64,000 nt of DNA from Sphagnum compactum (lineage: Eukaryota), in NCBI GenBank assembly GCA_965153455.1, contig OZ234493.1, positions 25,782,213 through 25,846,212 on the forward strand, in the 5' to 3' direction. This document shows positions 25,621-41,100 of this stretch, one piece after another. The notes under the pieces were generated by a model, which worked only from the letters and a program-made list of their open reading frames with translations, did no database searches and was not told where the DNA came from. The position numbers and the translations under genes are program-made. Positions within the stretch are counted from its first letter, which is position 1, and every line of letters begins with the position of its first letter.

Positions 25621-28600
25621 AGCATCCATTGTCAACTATATCACTAATAGAAAACCCTTTTTATTCAACCAACTCGCTTTCAACTTGATGACATCTTTGA
25701 CTACATTTCAATTGTAATTTTTGAATATTTAAAAAAATTATTGATAATTTCCAAGTAAATTGAACTGCCTATTCTTTTGGTGGACAAATGAAAGTGAATC
25801 CCAAATATTTTGGAGCTCATGGAATATTCTTAACACCCCATGGTCTACAATTGAATTCTAGTTAAAATGTTGACTTAAAAATTTACATAGTCTATAGTCA
25901 AACCTCTCGGGGTGATGTGTCCCATGTTCAACTACTTTGGTCAATTACAAAACATAGTGATGGATGAATCACACATGGATGGATGACATTGAGATTGGGA
26001 TTAATGTCTTCGTTGCAAGTGCATAGCAAGATTATCTCTCGACTATGACTATAAGTTGAAAGGCAAAAAATGAATGTTGAGCAGTCTTACATATTTTATG
26101 TCGACACCTCAATTGCAAATGCTACGTAGTAAACATGACAACAACCATTGTGTCATGCTCTACAAACATTGGTATATAGGCATGGTTCTAGTTTTAAGAA
26201 ACAAATATTTATTGAGGTTGTCAAAGCCAACAAAGTCATAATGATGAAAATATGTTTTTTCTTTTTGAAAAACCCCAACAGCTAGATTTTGAAAACTATC
26301 AAGTTATTTGATGACTTGTCAAAAACATTCAAATCCTAGATTCTGCGATAGATGGTGGGCAAAAATGATTCAGCATCCAAGAAAACATTATTCACATCAG
26401 GATGTGACCTTTCACCCAGCTCTTTATTAAAAGACATTTGGCATTGAGAAAAATTTAACATAATAAAACTAGTTTTCTCTATACTTCAATGCATGAGAAA
26501 ATATATATGGACAAGGATAGCTTGATGCCCAAGAAAAGAAAGGATCTTTTCATCAATAGAAACATTGTCACTAGTAGAAAAAGGCTAAAACATAACCAAA
26601 TGATTTGTGATTACATGCGACTAATTGTCATTTACAACTAACATTGGTTACATTTGTTACTGAAAATCATATCACACATTTTTGGTCACATTTATGACTA
26701 TGTTGCAACTATTTATAGGTTTTTCATTCTTCCAATGAGATGATTTTTCATGTTGTTTTCCTCTTAGAAGGCCTTCGTATGGCGCATTAGTTACAAAAGT
26801 GACCAAAAAATGATAATTAATATTTATTTATACATTAAGTTATGTATGTTACTAATTTTGTATAGGGTAAGTCGTGTTTTATGTCATGGTAACTAACAAT
26901 TATGTATAATAAACCTTATGTATACATTATGTACTCCAGAATCATAATGATATATATATATGTATTATTCTCGTGGATTAATTAGGCATGGTTTGAAAAA
27001 TATATATTTTTTTATTACCTCATATTAGGGTATATGTAAAGATGACGATACATCAATCATCCATAGGTGTATAAAAAACAAATACAATAACTATCATAGA
27101 ATTATTGTGATTAAATTAATTGCCAAAAAAAAATAAAAAAAATATTTAGAACTTAAAGTCTAAAATTAAAATTCATTTAAATCTTTTTACATTAAATTAA
27201 TGTCATTATCATCATTATTGTCAAATAATATATCTATTATTTTTAATTACTTATTACAATAAATCATTATTCTTCCAACATAAAAATTTGGAAATTTGAT
27301 TATTGAAATTTACAAATGTTAAAAATTAACTAAAAATTATATATAACATGTAATTGCACTTAGTAATAATATTGATAATTGATAATTTTAATTAACATTT
27401 TCAATTCTAATGGTAATTATACTATAATGTGAATAATTAACATATTTATTGTAATTAAAGTAATTGAATAATAATAAGTTATTGCTATGTAGAACCTATA
27501 ATGTTTTATTTAAAGTGAATAGTTATTATTACAACAATAATTTTTACATTAAAATTTTAATACTTTTACACAATTATAAAAATTATAAAAATGATAGTAA
27601 CTTGATTTTAATCAAATTAATTATTGTAAAAAAATTATTTAATTATTTAAGAGTATTCTAATAAATAATCGTATAATATTTAAACTACTTATACGTTAGA
27701 AATTATAATTAAATTGGATCTAAATTTTTTTAATAATTATATTGTAATTAGAGTAATGAATGTAATTATTGTAAATTATTGTGTTTCTAGCTTAAAATTA
27801 CTTATTTATGGTTAACAATTATTAGCATTACAAAATATTCACATTTTTACAATAATAAAAATTAATTACTACAATTGTAATAATTTAATGAAAGTTCATC
27901 ATTATATGTTTGGTGCATATTTTTTGAATTTCATCTTTATGTGCATATTCTTATTCAAATTAGCAATTTCAATTTCTATATGTTTTTGTCACGTTGATGG
28001 TTTCACCATATGTTTATGACATTTGAATATAATACAATATGTAGAAAATAAAATGTGATGAGAAAATGAACCACCCTATCTTAAAACTACCCCACATGTC
28101 ATCTTTGTGAATTGTCATTTAGTTGCAATAATTTATTGACAATCTCTTTCGAGCATACTTATGACCCTTGGTGTATAGGAGAATACACACAACTTTGTCC
28201 GGTTGTGTTGTTCCTTTTTGTGACGCCATCCTTATTACAAATTGGTGTGCAACTTGGGGTTTAAAGTTAGATTCCAAAGATGTTCAAGGAAGGGTGGGCA
28301 TGAAAATGGAAGCGAATATGGTATAATCACTCCCAATGGAAACACCCAACATTTCGTTTCAAACATATGAAACATACTTTTGGATACATTTTGTTGTTTA
28401 CATGTTTATGTTATTTATTTGCATTCATTTGTGTGCCTTATTTCAAGATCTATGGTTTTCAAGAATCAAATTTCCATTGTTCTTTCTTAGTCTTTAATCT
28501 TGATGCACATGAATTAGTCTAGTTCAGTGAGTCTTAGTTTCTTGTTAAATATCATCCTTGATGAATTTCTTACATACACGTGGTCAAGATCAATTAGTGC

Positions 28601-30354
28601 ACCTTCATACTTTTTGTCACAAGAGGTGTCAAACCACTAGCTTTTTTAAGAACCAAGGTGTGGTTGCAAGAATTAATAATCTTCAATAAGTCTTAGTACA
28701 AGACCTTATAATTTTTCAAAATATAGGAAAATTTGGAAGGAAATGAATAAAATCATTTTGGATTGGGAATATGAGTCCTTGATTTGTAGGAACATTTACT
28801 ACCTAATAGTTCTTAAAAAATTGGATCCATTATCTAGGATCCTCAATTCTTCATTAAGACATGCAATCTTGTGTTAGGAATTGGATTCTTGGGTTACAAC
28901 TCCATTTTTGTTTTATGAAATCCAATCTTGCATATTGAGCTTAATTAAGTTTTATATTCATTTCTCAATCCTACTTAAAGAGTGTGGATTTTAAACTAAC
29001 AATATTATGTCCTATATTGAGGAAAATTCATTCCATTTGTTATCATTGTATTGGTAGGGAAAGTAAGAAACATCATTGGAAATACAATAGGGAGTTTTGG
29101 CATTAAAAATGTTTCACTATTTGTCTTCAAGGTTCTACAAGACTTGACCAACATCTTGCTAAAACAAAGCACAACAATTCATGGTAGAAAAAAGAATGGT
29201 AGGGTAATGTTTCATGAACTTTTACCACATTCATTCCAATTGGCATAAACATAAGAAATCATGACAAGCTTTCCAATGTCGCATGTGAGTATGCTTCAAC
29301 AAACAAATGATATTTTTTGAACCCTTGCACATGGAGCAATGAACACACCCATTTCAACTATTAAATCATGTGATCATTTACCAAATCAAACCCAGTTTAT
29401 TGGCCCAAATGCCCCAATAATGCATACATTGGTTATATTTCATCTAAAATTTGGTGTGTAATGTGTATGTGGAGTTTCTATAATAAAAGGTTTCACCCTA
29501 AAAAGTGAAGGTGCCAATATGTACTATGTAGGTGATGGTCATTGTTCCTTTTAAAGAATTTTTATTTGTAATAAAAATAACTATCATCCCTAAGAAGATT
29601 TAGCCAAATTTAATTGGTTAGAAACCAAATATGAACTACAAATCTTTAATCATCTTTTTATATTTTTGATTACACACATAAAATCAAATATTAGAATGGT
29701 GATTTTTATTAAGTTTTTTCTTCACTTATAGTCTTTGAAAACCTCTAATATTTATCTATGAAAGAGGGTAGGTTATTTGATTTGTTTTTCACATTGAAAT
29801 ATCCCAAACCATGGTGTGTGTTGCCATGCTCTTGGTGTCGTTGGAAAGTTTTCAATGAATAAGGGTGTATCAAGTTGGTTTCATAATGTTTCAACTTATA
29901 GTGAAGAAGGCATTGAAAACAAAATTTTCATTAAAATTCATTTAAATGAAACAAATTAATGGAATTTGGGCACACTCTTGGTATTGTTAGAAAAATTTTG
30001 ATTCATAGGATTTCATGAAGGTGTTTGGATTTGCAAAAGTCTAATGATTTGTGAAAAATATTGAATTTTGAATAGTTTTTTCTATTTAAAATTCAACTAC
30101 ATTACCAAAAAATGGTTTTGGAAGGAAAAAATGCATAACCAATTCACATTTAGGCCAATGACATAGGCTACATTAGTACATTTGAGTTATAGTCTTTCAT
30201 CAACAATCATTGTGGAAGAAGCACTAGCAAAACTTCTCATAAAATCTAGGTATGAAAAATGAGACTACTTTAGGAAGGGGAATGGAACCTCGGGACTTAA
30301 AAGTAACATATTTTTATGTTATTAAAGTTTTGCCTTCATTTTACATGTAGAGGG

Positions 30355-30500
30355 TGTCGGTGGCATTGTAGCGAGCATAGGCAACTTTTATTTTGAGGTG
30401 TGTTGTTATTATAGGTGAAGGTTCGTTTAGGCTAGGCATTCTTTCAAGTGTTCCCCACCTCTCTTTATTTAATATGCTTTTTGCAATGGGGGGGGGGGGG
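30355..30500 (+). mobile_element. Short 3'-end fragment of a probable non-LTR element
   Basis: Reads roughly RVSVAL*RA*ATFILRCVVIIGEGSFRLGILS, which is similar in style to the C-terminal tail of the element at 8200-8400 (HVNIALQCVLVFTIERK). Weak. Confidence 0.35.
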
Positions 30501-32432
30501 AGGATTCAAGTACTTGATTTCTTTTCGTTCCCCTTGCGATCTGCCTTCTTTGGAATATTCTTAGTTTGCCAGGACGTGTCCTTCCATCTTGTACCTTTTC
30601 CTCCCCCTTTGTTGGGCTCTTTGTTTTACTGATAATTGACAAGTTTTCATCATTTTTGAACCCTTTCACATGATGTAATAGTGAAACCTAGACATGCAAC
30701 CTATTAAAAATTTATGTAGTCTTTTATGTCATGCAATCATGCACACATTAATTTCAAGTTTCAACCCAAAAAAGATGGAGCCTTTATTATTATTTTCTCA
30801 AGTCTTTTGCTTAGAAAGCTAGGGTATTGTGAATTTAAAGTAAAAAAGTTTATTGTGACATATTTATCACGTCTTTTGCAGGAAAAACAAAGCTATCCAA
30901 AATCCAGAAAGATACTCAATTATGAAATGTCATTGGTGTATGGAAAGTCACTATGATGATCATAAATTAAGATGCAACATATAAGATCATCAATTAAAAT
31001 CCAACATAATGATCATCAATTTAAAATCAAATTAAACATTGCAAGTTAAAAACATATAAGCAAATTCAATTTTGCATTAGTAACGACTAGGTATGACATG
31101 GAAAAGCCTTTTTTTCTACATTGTAGCAAAGGGATTCAAGGCCATTGTAAAGGTTAATAACATTCTATGATTGTGACCTTTGGATGCAAGAAAATCATCA
31201 CAAGTGGGAATAGATTTGTCAACCTTTTATTGCACCAAAAAATCATTGGATAAGTTTTCAAATTTTCATAAAAAAAACATCTTCATCACCATTTTCAACC
31301 TTCATCCTTGATGGACCAACTTTCTAATCCACTTGATATAACATCTACCAACAATCATATAACTCAAATTTTAATGAAAAAAATTCAAGTAATATTATGG
31401 GCAAGTGTGGACGTTTTTGGCCCTTGAAGGCCTCTATGATAACTACTCGATGAATGCATTACCTAATGTACTCAACTCACAATGGGAATATTTCATTGCA
31501 AGTCATGGTTACAATGGTTGCCCAAAATAATATTCTATTGATGGTTCTAATAATAAACAACTAGTGGTATCTTCTTTTCAGAAATTGAAATCAATAAACA
31601 CCATTAACAAGCCCATGAAACAACCAAACAACATTGATGTGATATCAAAAAGGGGAATATGTTAGCTTAACAACTTTGGAATCCTTGAGGTTTTATAAAA
31701 AGGATTTTGACATACTAGAATATGAACAATGCGTGCCAATTTTGCAAGAGCCACTGAAAGTTTAGTGTGTCCATTTTACACTTGTAGACGACCCGCATTT
31801 TCAATGCACAAAAAGATGTGGCTTGGGGTATGAAACTCCTCACCAAATAGCTTAGTTGCTTCTTTTCTATCAACTTCATTTTTGAAGTTCACAACCTCTT
31901 ACCAAAGCTTTGCAAGGCGGTGACATGTGAAAATTCTCTCCACATTAAGAGCACCAGTTTTCAAGTTCATGTGATCAAACGAAAATCTAACTGAACATGT
32001 ATTAGTACAAAATGCGTCTTAATTCACTCTAAGTTTCACTAGATTTTGAGTGAATTTGGACATTTTTACCTGGTGAAATTATTTAACCCCTTACTGAACG
32101 AAGACCAATTCCTACAGACAATGAATTGTTTCACTAGTACCTTGTGAAACAAGGTTACTCTCAAGTGAAATATAAATTTACCCAACCATTCACTTGCTAG
32201 TTAATTAACTAACCAACATGGAAATCAATTAAAGTTTAATAATTTAATATATAATATTATTGATAATTTCATGATTTTTTAAACTTATGATTTATTAACA
32301 CGTGTCATTACTTAGGCTAGGTTTTTAACCTAGCCTAAATAGGTAGGCCATGTAATCAACCTAGGCACCTATTCTAGGAATTAGATAGGAGAAAATATTC
32401 GGTCAACATACCATTATTGACCACACACAACA

Positions 32433-33250
32433 TGTCGCAACCCCACTTTGTCCAAGTGTGGGGGTGAAGCCCAACACTTGGAAAAGTTGGAGGTTTGGAG
32501 TCCTCCGGGACTCCCGAATGTTTAGAGCTCAACAGCAAGGCTCAAAACACCTTGAATTGGGGTGTTCTTGGTGTCATTAGAAAGGTCTTGAAACGTAGAT
32601 ATCGAAAATGGCCTCGCATTGGCCATTTGGACATCTGAAGCCCAAGTTATGGGCAAAAGAAGGGCCGGGAGTCAAACTGGCAGTTTGACTCCCGACCACT
32701 AAAAGTCGGGAATCGACCCTTTCCCGATGTTGCCTCAGGGAATGCGACATGGCGTTGAAAAGATCTCGACAAGGGCTACAACTTTGGTCAGACCTCGTTG
32801 CGATCGGACTTCGGAATCGGGAGTTATGACCGTTCAAAGTCCCGAGAGTCCCGCCGGGACAGTTTCGGGACTCCATTTCGAGAGTCCCAACAAAATGTGC
32901 CATTTGGATGTAGCCTCCGTGGTGAGCTGCAGAGATAACTATAAGGGGAAGGTGATGGCTTCCCCCAAGTCCGGGCCGTGGTGAGTCAAGTAGTCCAAAG
33001 TGCCCGTGGCTTGTCCCAACACCCAAGGGTGTTCCCGAATGTGAACTAACCCATTTGTGGTTGGTTTTGGATGCAGATTCGTGCTTGATCTACTAGCCCA
33101 TCTTCCTAGTCTAATCCCGGGGCTTCCAACTCGACCCTCTACCCCTTTCTAGAGTTGGAAGTCGGGAGCGTGCCCTTCGGTCCCCATTTTCCGCAACTTC
33201 ACATTGGTGAACCCTCAAGTGGGTTCACTTCGGGACCAAGGAGCGCGTCA
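32433..33250. mobile_element. Solo LTR (818 bp)
   Basis: Starts TGTCGCAAC and ends GCGCGTCA. Perfect 5-bp TSD CAACA at 32428-32 and 33251-55. GC-richer than its flanks, with no internal coding region. Confidence 0.9.
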
Positions 33251-33659
33251 CAACACCACTCATGAAGTTTATCCTTTAACCTTTGGATTGGATGCAAACA
33301 CCCTTACCATTAAGCCACCCCACTTATTGTGATAATATGTTACATTACATTCTATTTATCAAATATTTCATTTTAAACATTACAAAAACATAAACTTTAA
33401 AAATTCATATCTTATTAAAATTTTGTTATAATGAAATGATTTGAATTTAATTTTTTTTAATTTCAATAATGTACATAATTACATTTATTTCCTTTTGAAA
33501 GTTCAAAATCATTTGAACAATTTTTTTTTTCAATATCATCATTCAATAACATTTCAATGACCATTCTTTTGAAAAAAAAAAGTTTAATAAATGGATAAGA
33601 TTTTTGTTAATATATTAATACTACCTATGTTAAGCTACCTTCAAGTATTATATGACTAT

Positions 33660-35190
33660 TTTTCATTAATTTAAACTATTTCACCCTACATTATTTACGG
33701 CTATTTATGGCTATTCTCAATTACTTTTGGTCATTTTTTGCTATTTCACCCTAGACTACTTTTGGTTATTTTAAGTTATTTTTGGCTATTTTAGCTTATT
33801 TCACCTTAGGCTATTTTCGGCTATTATAAGTTTTTGTGGCTATTTTATGTTTTTTTTGCTATTGTAAATTATTTTAATTTAAGCTATTTATAGCTATTAT
33901 AAGTTATTTTTGGCTATTGAAGGCTATTTCACCTTAAGTTATTTTTGTCTATTATAAATTATTTCACCCTATATTATTTTTGGCAATCCTAAACATTTCT
34001 AATATATGGCTATTGGTTATTCTTTTATTAGGGTTATTGGATATTATTTTATTGATGGCTATTAATGCCTATTAGTGGTTATTCTATTAATAATTATTGA
34101 TTGCTCTTTTATTATTGGCCATTGTTAATTATTCTATTGGTGGCTATTGGTGCTATTCTATTAATGGCTATTGGTGGTTATTCTATTGGTGGCCATTGGT
34201 GGTTATTCTATTGGTGGTTATTCTATTGGTGGCTATCGGTGGCTATTCTATTAATGGCTATTGGTGGTTATTCTATTGGTGGCTATCGGTGGCTATTCTA
34301 TTAATGGCTATTGGTGGTTATTCTATTGGTGACTATTGGTGGCTATTCTATTAATGACTATTGGTGGCTACTCTATTAATGGCTATTGATGGATATTCTA
34401 TTGATGAATATTGATGCTTATTAATGGTTACTATATTAGTGACTATTGGTGGTTATTCTATTGGTGGATATTGGTGCTTATTAATGGTTATTATATTAGT
34501 GACTATTGGTGGTTATTTTATTGATGGGTATTAATTGGTATTATATTAATGGTTATTGGTGGCTATTATATTAATGGCTATTAGTGGATATTTTGTTATT
34601 GGATATTTTGTTATTGGATATTGGTGGTTATTAATGGTTATCGTATTAGTAGCTATTGGTGGCTATTTTATTAATGGCTATTAGTGAATATTTTATTGTG
34701 GATATTGGTGGTTATTAATGTTATTATAATAGTGGCTATTGGTGAATATTCTATTGTGGATATTGGTGGTTATTAATGTTATTATATTAGTGGCTATTGG
34801 TGATTATTAATGTTATTATATTAGTGGCTATTGGTGGCTATTAATGTTATCATATTAATGGCTATTAGTGGTTATTATCTTAATGGTTATTGATGGATAT
34901 TTTATTGGTGGATATTGGTGGTTATTAATGTTATTATATAAATGGCTATTGGTGGTTATTAGCAGTTATTCCATTGTAAGCTATTGGTGGTTATTTTATT
35001 GGTGGTTATTGATGGCTATTTTATTAATGCTAATTAATGGTTATTATATTATAAATTATTATTGGTTATTATATGTTATATTATAATTATTGGTGATTAT
35101 TGTATTATAAATTATTGTTGGATATTCTATGTTATAATATCATAGGCTATTGGTAGCTATTATATTGTAAGGTATTTTAAATTATTTTTC
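33660..35190. repeat. Degenerate minisatellite / low-complexity array (ggctatt / ggtggttattctattaat motifs)
   Basis: ctattt-caccct subunits (33660-33990) grade into ggctattggtggttattctatt subunits (34000-35190). The overlapping W/Y/G-rich ORFs are artefacts. Confidence 0.9.
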
Positions 35191-38100
35191 ATAGTTTATT
35201 ATTTCTATTCTAACTTTTTAAGAGTTTAAACAACACAAGGCATCCATTTTTATTTTGATCTAGCACATAACCTTAACCTCCCATATGATAATTGTTCTTA
35301 GAGAGATAAATTGAAACATGGCCCAAACATATTGAAGCTAGTTGGACAAAAAGAAATGATGAACTAGATAGATTGTCAATAGAGGTCCCTTTAGCAAACC
35401 AAATGTTTAAAAACCAAATGTCGTAACAACTTCAAATTTACCATTTGATTGCTCTTGAAGTCCTTAAAAGGTTTCATCTCTTCCTTCCTTTACTTTGACC
35501 CTTAAACATTATTGGTACTTTTATTTTTGTTTCCCTGAAACTTATGGCACAATGAAATAACATGATTCTAGAGGCAAAATATCAACAACAATAAGGCAAT
35601 CATACCACATTGTTCCACTAATCCCTTAAACTTTAACTAGTGATTTCAATGACCAAGATGACACACACACAATCAATGAAAAAATAAAAGTTGCTTAATT
35701 TTATTTACTAATCCACATTTGCACAACTATACATATATTGTGAACACCACATCCATAATGCACATCTTCCAAAACTAGTGCAACAATTCAAACCCATTTA
35801 AAAATCAACACATCAAAACCAACTTAACATAAACCATTGCCAAGTGCCATTGAAATACCAAATCACCATTATAGTGCCATCTCCCATAACCTACAAAAAA
35901 CAAATCAAAGAAAAACAAAACAAACTATCCATAAAAAATTTCTCCTTTCGTCATCAACTACCACAACTTTTGTCCTTTTCTACTTTTAGTGGTTAATAAC
36001 ATTATTACATCTAGTTAAGGTTTCATCAACCTAATATTGTGTTTAAGTACTCAGTTTGGAAAATTAGAATCATTGGTTTTTGTTTTGATTAATAAAAACT
36101 ATTTTTGGAATTGATTCCAAAATTAAAATTGGATTTTTTAATGGAAGAACAAAATTAACAACTAGAGTCTTGGTTCCATTTTTATGTGAAATTGAACCAA
36201 GATTTTTTGAAAAATATAAACATTAAATTGGGCGCTAATTAAAAGTTAATCAATAGTTAACCACTAGTTTTAATCTAGGGACTTGAAATTGGGTTTAATT
36301 TTCATAACTGAAACCAAAAACAAAATCAAAATTACTTTTTTGAAAGATCAAACCTAAAATCAAATTCTCCATTCCCATTTATGTGTGGAATTGTGATGAG
36401 AACCAAATCAATTATGATTTTTTTTATAAATCTAAAACTTGAGGTTTTTCATGAAACTAAAGAACCATTCAACATTTGATCTACCTATTACCTACCAAGT
36501 GACTTACTTCCTAAATAGTAACCACATACATTCCTCCACCAACTTAGTTACAGTAGTTACCCACTTACATAGGTGGTTAACTAGGCAGTGTGCAAAGAAA
36601 GATGGTTTATAAAATATATTAACAAGGTGGATCCTTGTTGATTCAATTATGGTTCATCCAAGTTGTAGTTCATCCACAACAAAAGTCATAACAAGTTACC
36701 AATGGATTGATGGTGCGTTCATATTAAAAAATTTGGTTTTTCAAATGGTTCAAATTGACTAACTAGTCATTATTTACTAATGAAAATGTCCATTTTAACT
36801 AGAGGCCCAAAATATGTATTTGTTGACTAATCAGTTTGACTAAAGTCACGTATTTGACCAATGCATTCAATCAAGTTAAACAACATTAATTAAAATGGCC
36901 AATGGGTTTTAATCAAATGAGACATTTTATGTTTATTACATACATACCTCCTAATTCCCACCTACAATCAAACAACCAACCAACCCACCTACCTAGATGT
37001 AATATTTACCTACCTACCTACCCACCCACCTACATACATATTACCTACCAGTTACCCACCTACCTAGGCATACCCACCCACCCGCCCACCTACTGAACTA
37101 TGGTGAACCAACTTAATTGTTTTAATGTAGTTCCAATGGATGGTGCATTGGTTGATGTTGGTTCATTTTGGCCAATATTGAGCCTAACAATTTTCTTGAA
37201 ACATGGGCATTCATATGATCCAACACTCACCAACCATTAGTAAAATTCTTAGTTTTAACTAGCAAATCTTAATAAAAAAAATTCCAATTTGTATAGGCAT
37301 CAAAAAATCACCACCCACCCACCCACCTACCCACCTACCTAAGTTGGTTCACCATAATTTAGTAGGTAGGTAGGCGTTTCATGAATTCATGTGGTCCGTA
37401 TGTCATGAATTAATAACATATTTTACTAGTGACAATTCACTATTCATAAACATAACCTAGCTTAACCTATGTTAGGTGGAAAACTTAGGCCTAGTTTATA
37501 GGTCAGCTTACCTATCCTACCTTACCCTACCTTACTTTATTATACTTCTTAACTTGATTACTTACCTTATTTTAGGTTTACTTACCTACCACACATGATT
37601 AATTAATAATTATTACCTATTATCACAGACACCAATTGTTAAACCGTGGAATTTGACAACTTAGTTACCATCAAGGAAAAAGGTTGCCAAATAAAAAAAG
37701 GAATAAGAAAAAAAAACACATGATAATAAGACTTGTTTATTCTCAACCTACCATCATGCTGATACTACCGTCTTGCAAAAATTACTATCCGTTGAAAGTT
37801 GAAAAAAGACCCACAGTAGCCTATAAACCTCTTGTAGTTACTGCCTACCATTTATAGTGCCTATAGACCCTTTGTGGCTACTACCTACCATCTGCAGTGC
37901 ATGTAGATCGTTTGTAATTGTTGCTATTGTTTGGAAAGCCTACAAACCTTTTGTGGCCGTTGCCTACCATTACAACAATGTTACTTTCTCTGCAAGCCTC
38001 AAATTTCATGTCTACCTCCTTGTTGTTACATTTGAACAACAAGTACTATCTTGTGGCAAAAGGTACTTTCTACTCTAAATATTAAAAAATAAAGAAAAAA

Positions 38101-41100
38101 ATTGTATTGTTCTTGTAGAAGAAACATAAAACTACTACACAAAACATAATAAAACATTATGCAAACTTAATGTGTATTATCTTCCCTTAGTATCTGACAT
38201 TTTCCAAGTAGAATAAAATAAAAACAATATGATATAGTTTCAACCATTTTCCATAACAAGAATCAAAGTACAAGATATTTCCATATTTTCCACCTTTATC
38301 ACCAATGTCACAAACACACTTCTTCCCCAAGAAAACTTTCCTAGCCACATTCAATTTATAATCGTACAAAGGAATGATCCATAATCTTCTTTCTCAAAGG
38401 ATAAGTAAGGAACCCAAAAAGGATATTGACCACACGAGGGTTGAATCTTTATCATCCTAAATTTCCTTACCCTTCTATATCTCCTTATTCTAATCCTTTC
38501 CACACATCCTAGTTAAGGGAAATCTATCCATCCCCTATCCATTTAGACTAATTAACTTAGATGGTGTCACCCCTTAATAAATAAAAAATGGTAAGTAGGA
38601 TATTTACCATTAGTAATTAAATAGTTATTAGGATGCCTTATTAAGTGAATTAAACTAGGATATTATTTATAATAACTAATATTATTTTTATTAGAATTCC
38701 TCTTAGAATTAGTTTCTGATTACTCTACCCCATGAAGGAAGTTCATTATATTAACGATACTATCATTTCTTAACGCCCATGGTGTTTTTTAACCAACATA
38801 ATACAATTTTCGACCTTGAACATTAGTTTCAGATGATGAATGGAATCCATTTATATATATGTATGTTCATTCATGATTCATAGTTAATTTTTAGTTCACT
38901 TTTAAGTAACTTTTAATTTATTTATAATTAATTTATAGTTCATTTCTAATTAATTCATAATTCACTTCTAATCCATGTTCAATTAACTCTTAATTTACTT
39001 TCACTTTCATAGTTCACTCTCAGTTACTTCTTTATAGTTAATTTGTAATTCACTTATAATTAAAAAGTCTCTTAATAAGTTTCTTTAATTAAACACATAT
39101 AATCCTTCATGGAAACTTCCTTGAGTTATTTCCCAAAGGCTTATAAATAGAAGTAAGACCTCTCATTACCTTTAGTTTGTTCAACATTAAAATGAAGTAC
39201 GATTTTGTTTTATAATTTTGTTATGTTATTTTTATGTTTATATTTTCATGTTTTATCACAATAAAGATATTTTTTCACTTTTGGTTGTACATTTCATGTT
39301 ATTATTTTTAAACTTTATGATTTTTTTTTCTTAATTCTATGTTTTGTGTCTAGATTTAAGTTTAGGTTTTTTTTCATCATTTCTCTTCATAGTTTTCATG
39401 CCCATGACACTTATTCAACTACCTATCTTACCCACCTACTATATTTTACCTACCTACATATATTTACCAACTACATATACCTACTTACCTACCTACCTGC
39501 CTTGAATTATTTAATCACACAATGAAATGTAGTTGGAATTGGAATAATTGTAAATTCATTTGTGTCAATTTGTTAATGATTTGTGCTTTCCAGAAAAAAT
39601 TTAAAATTCATTTGAACATTTAAAAAGAAATTTATTTAATTAAATATATCTCTAAATAAACTTCAGCATCATGTATTTATTTGTTTCATTTGAATAATAT
39701 TTGAGATTAAAAAAAGGTGTATCAATTTAAGAGCTTTTAACAATTTCACAATTTACAAGATTAAAAAAAATGTTGCACACCTTAAATTAATAAAAAGTTG
39801 TGTAACTTGATGGCAAAGGCATTGGTGTGCTTCCATAAAACCTTGGGTTCAAACCGGCAAATCACATTTATAAAATTTGTATATGGTGAGGCATATGATG
39901 TATGTGTACAATGTACATTGTAAACATATAATCATAGGTGGAATATACATAGCTACCTAGAAGCCTACCATTTTATAACATGTATAATGCCACGTCACCT
40001 TCCAAGATGTAACATAATGATGACATGTGGTTTAAATTTTACCATAGATAATGATGGATTAATTTACTAGTGGTCAAATTGATAATTGGTCATTTTGACT
40101 AGTCAAAACATCTTCAAACCCTTGGTCAAAAAGACATTAGTCAAAACATATAGGTTTCAATTGTCAAAAAAATGGCACTTTGCTCAATTTGGACCAAGGG
40201 GGAGGGGGGCAGGGGGGCGGTTGGGGGGGCAAAATGAGTCTTTTTGACCAAATTTTCTAGTAAAAAAGGTCATGAATTCTTGTAATGTAACAAAAAAATT
40301 GACAATGAATTCATGAATAATAAACATATTTTTTTATATTATGATGATGTTGAGGGTAAAGGTTTATTTCTTCCAATAAATGATGAAGATATTAAAATCA
40401 TTAATGAAGGTGGATGGAATAAGAGCAAAAAATTTTATTGATGATTTTCAACATGTTTCAAAAATTGACAGGTTTATACATGTTTTCACCTTTCTATTAA
40501 ACTATACAAGATTTGTCATTTAAAGTTTTTAGTCAAGGTTTGATTTGCTTTATACTATTTCTCAACAAATTGAATGGTAGTAACTATTTTAGTGCCAATC
40601 TTGCACACACGTTTTGTGTTTATGGTCGCATGATTCATCATGCTCAATTTTATTTTTTTTGGTAATATAATTGCTAATGAACTAGTTGTGTTCATACAAA
40701 ACCATAAATACTTTTGAAAAAACTCATTATGTGCTTGTAATTGTTGTGAATAAAAACATCCAAGTTGGAGCTAATAAATGTAAAATGAAATTTGAACCTA
40801 TTAAGTGGAAGATGTTAAAACATGTTTAATAGATCTGGATCATTCTATCCATCATCCTATTGGTTTAAAAAACGATGGGCCTTATACTGTCTTGGGAGGT
40901 TCTTCATATATAGTGGCATTGAATTTTTAAAGTTTCTTTGTATTGATTTCAACTTCTACAAAGATCTTCATGGAAAATTGGTTTGATAAATATTTGTTTT
41001 ATAATTGTGAACATTTATGTTTATGTTGCAATCAACTTGGATATATACTATTAACAGATAAATTACAAGTTTCCAATAAGTACTAGACATTATTCTTAGA

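Noticed and set aside
28380-31960. Possible highly decayed retroelement or transposase coding remnants
   Set aside because: No motif could be read with confidence.
32577-33026. 149-aa and 85-aa ORFs
   Set aside because: They lie wholly within the solo LTR and have no recognisable domain.
34097-35086. W/Y/G-rich hydrophobic ORFs
   Set aside because: They are translations of a minisatellite, open in several frames.
25643-37431. CACTA-like termini (cactaatagaaaa 25643, cactagtagaaaa 26569, ttttactagtg 37421)
   Set aside because: No pair has a matching 3-bp TSD and no transposase was recognised, so element boundaries cannot be supported.
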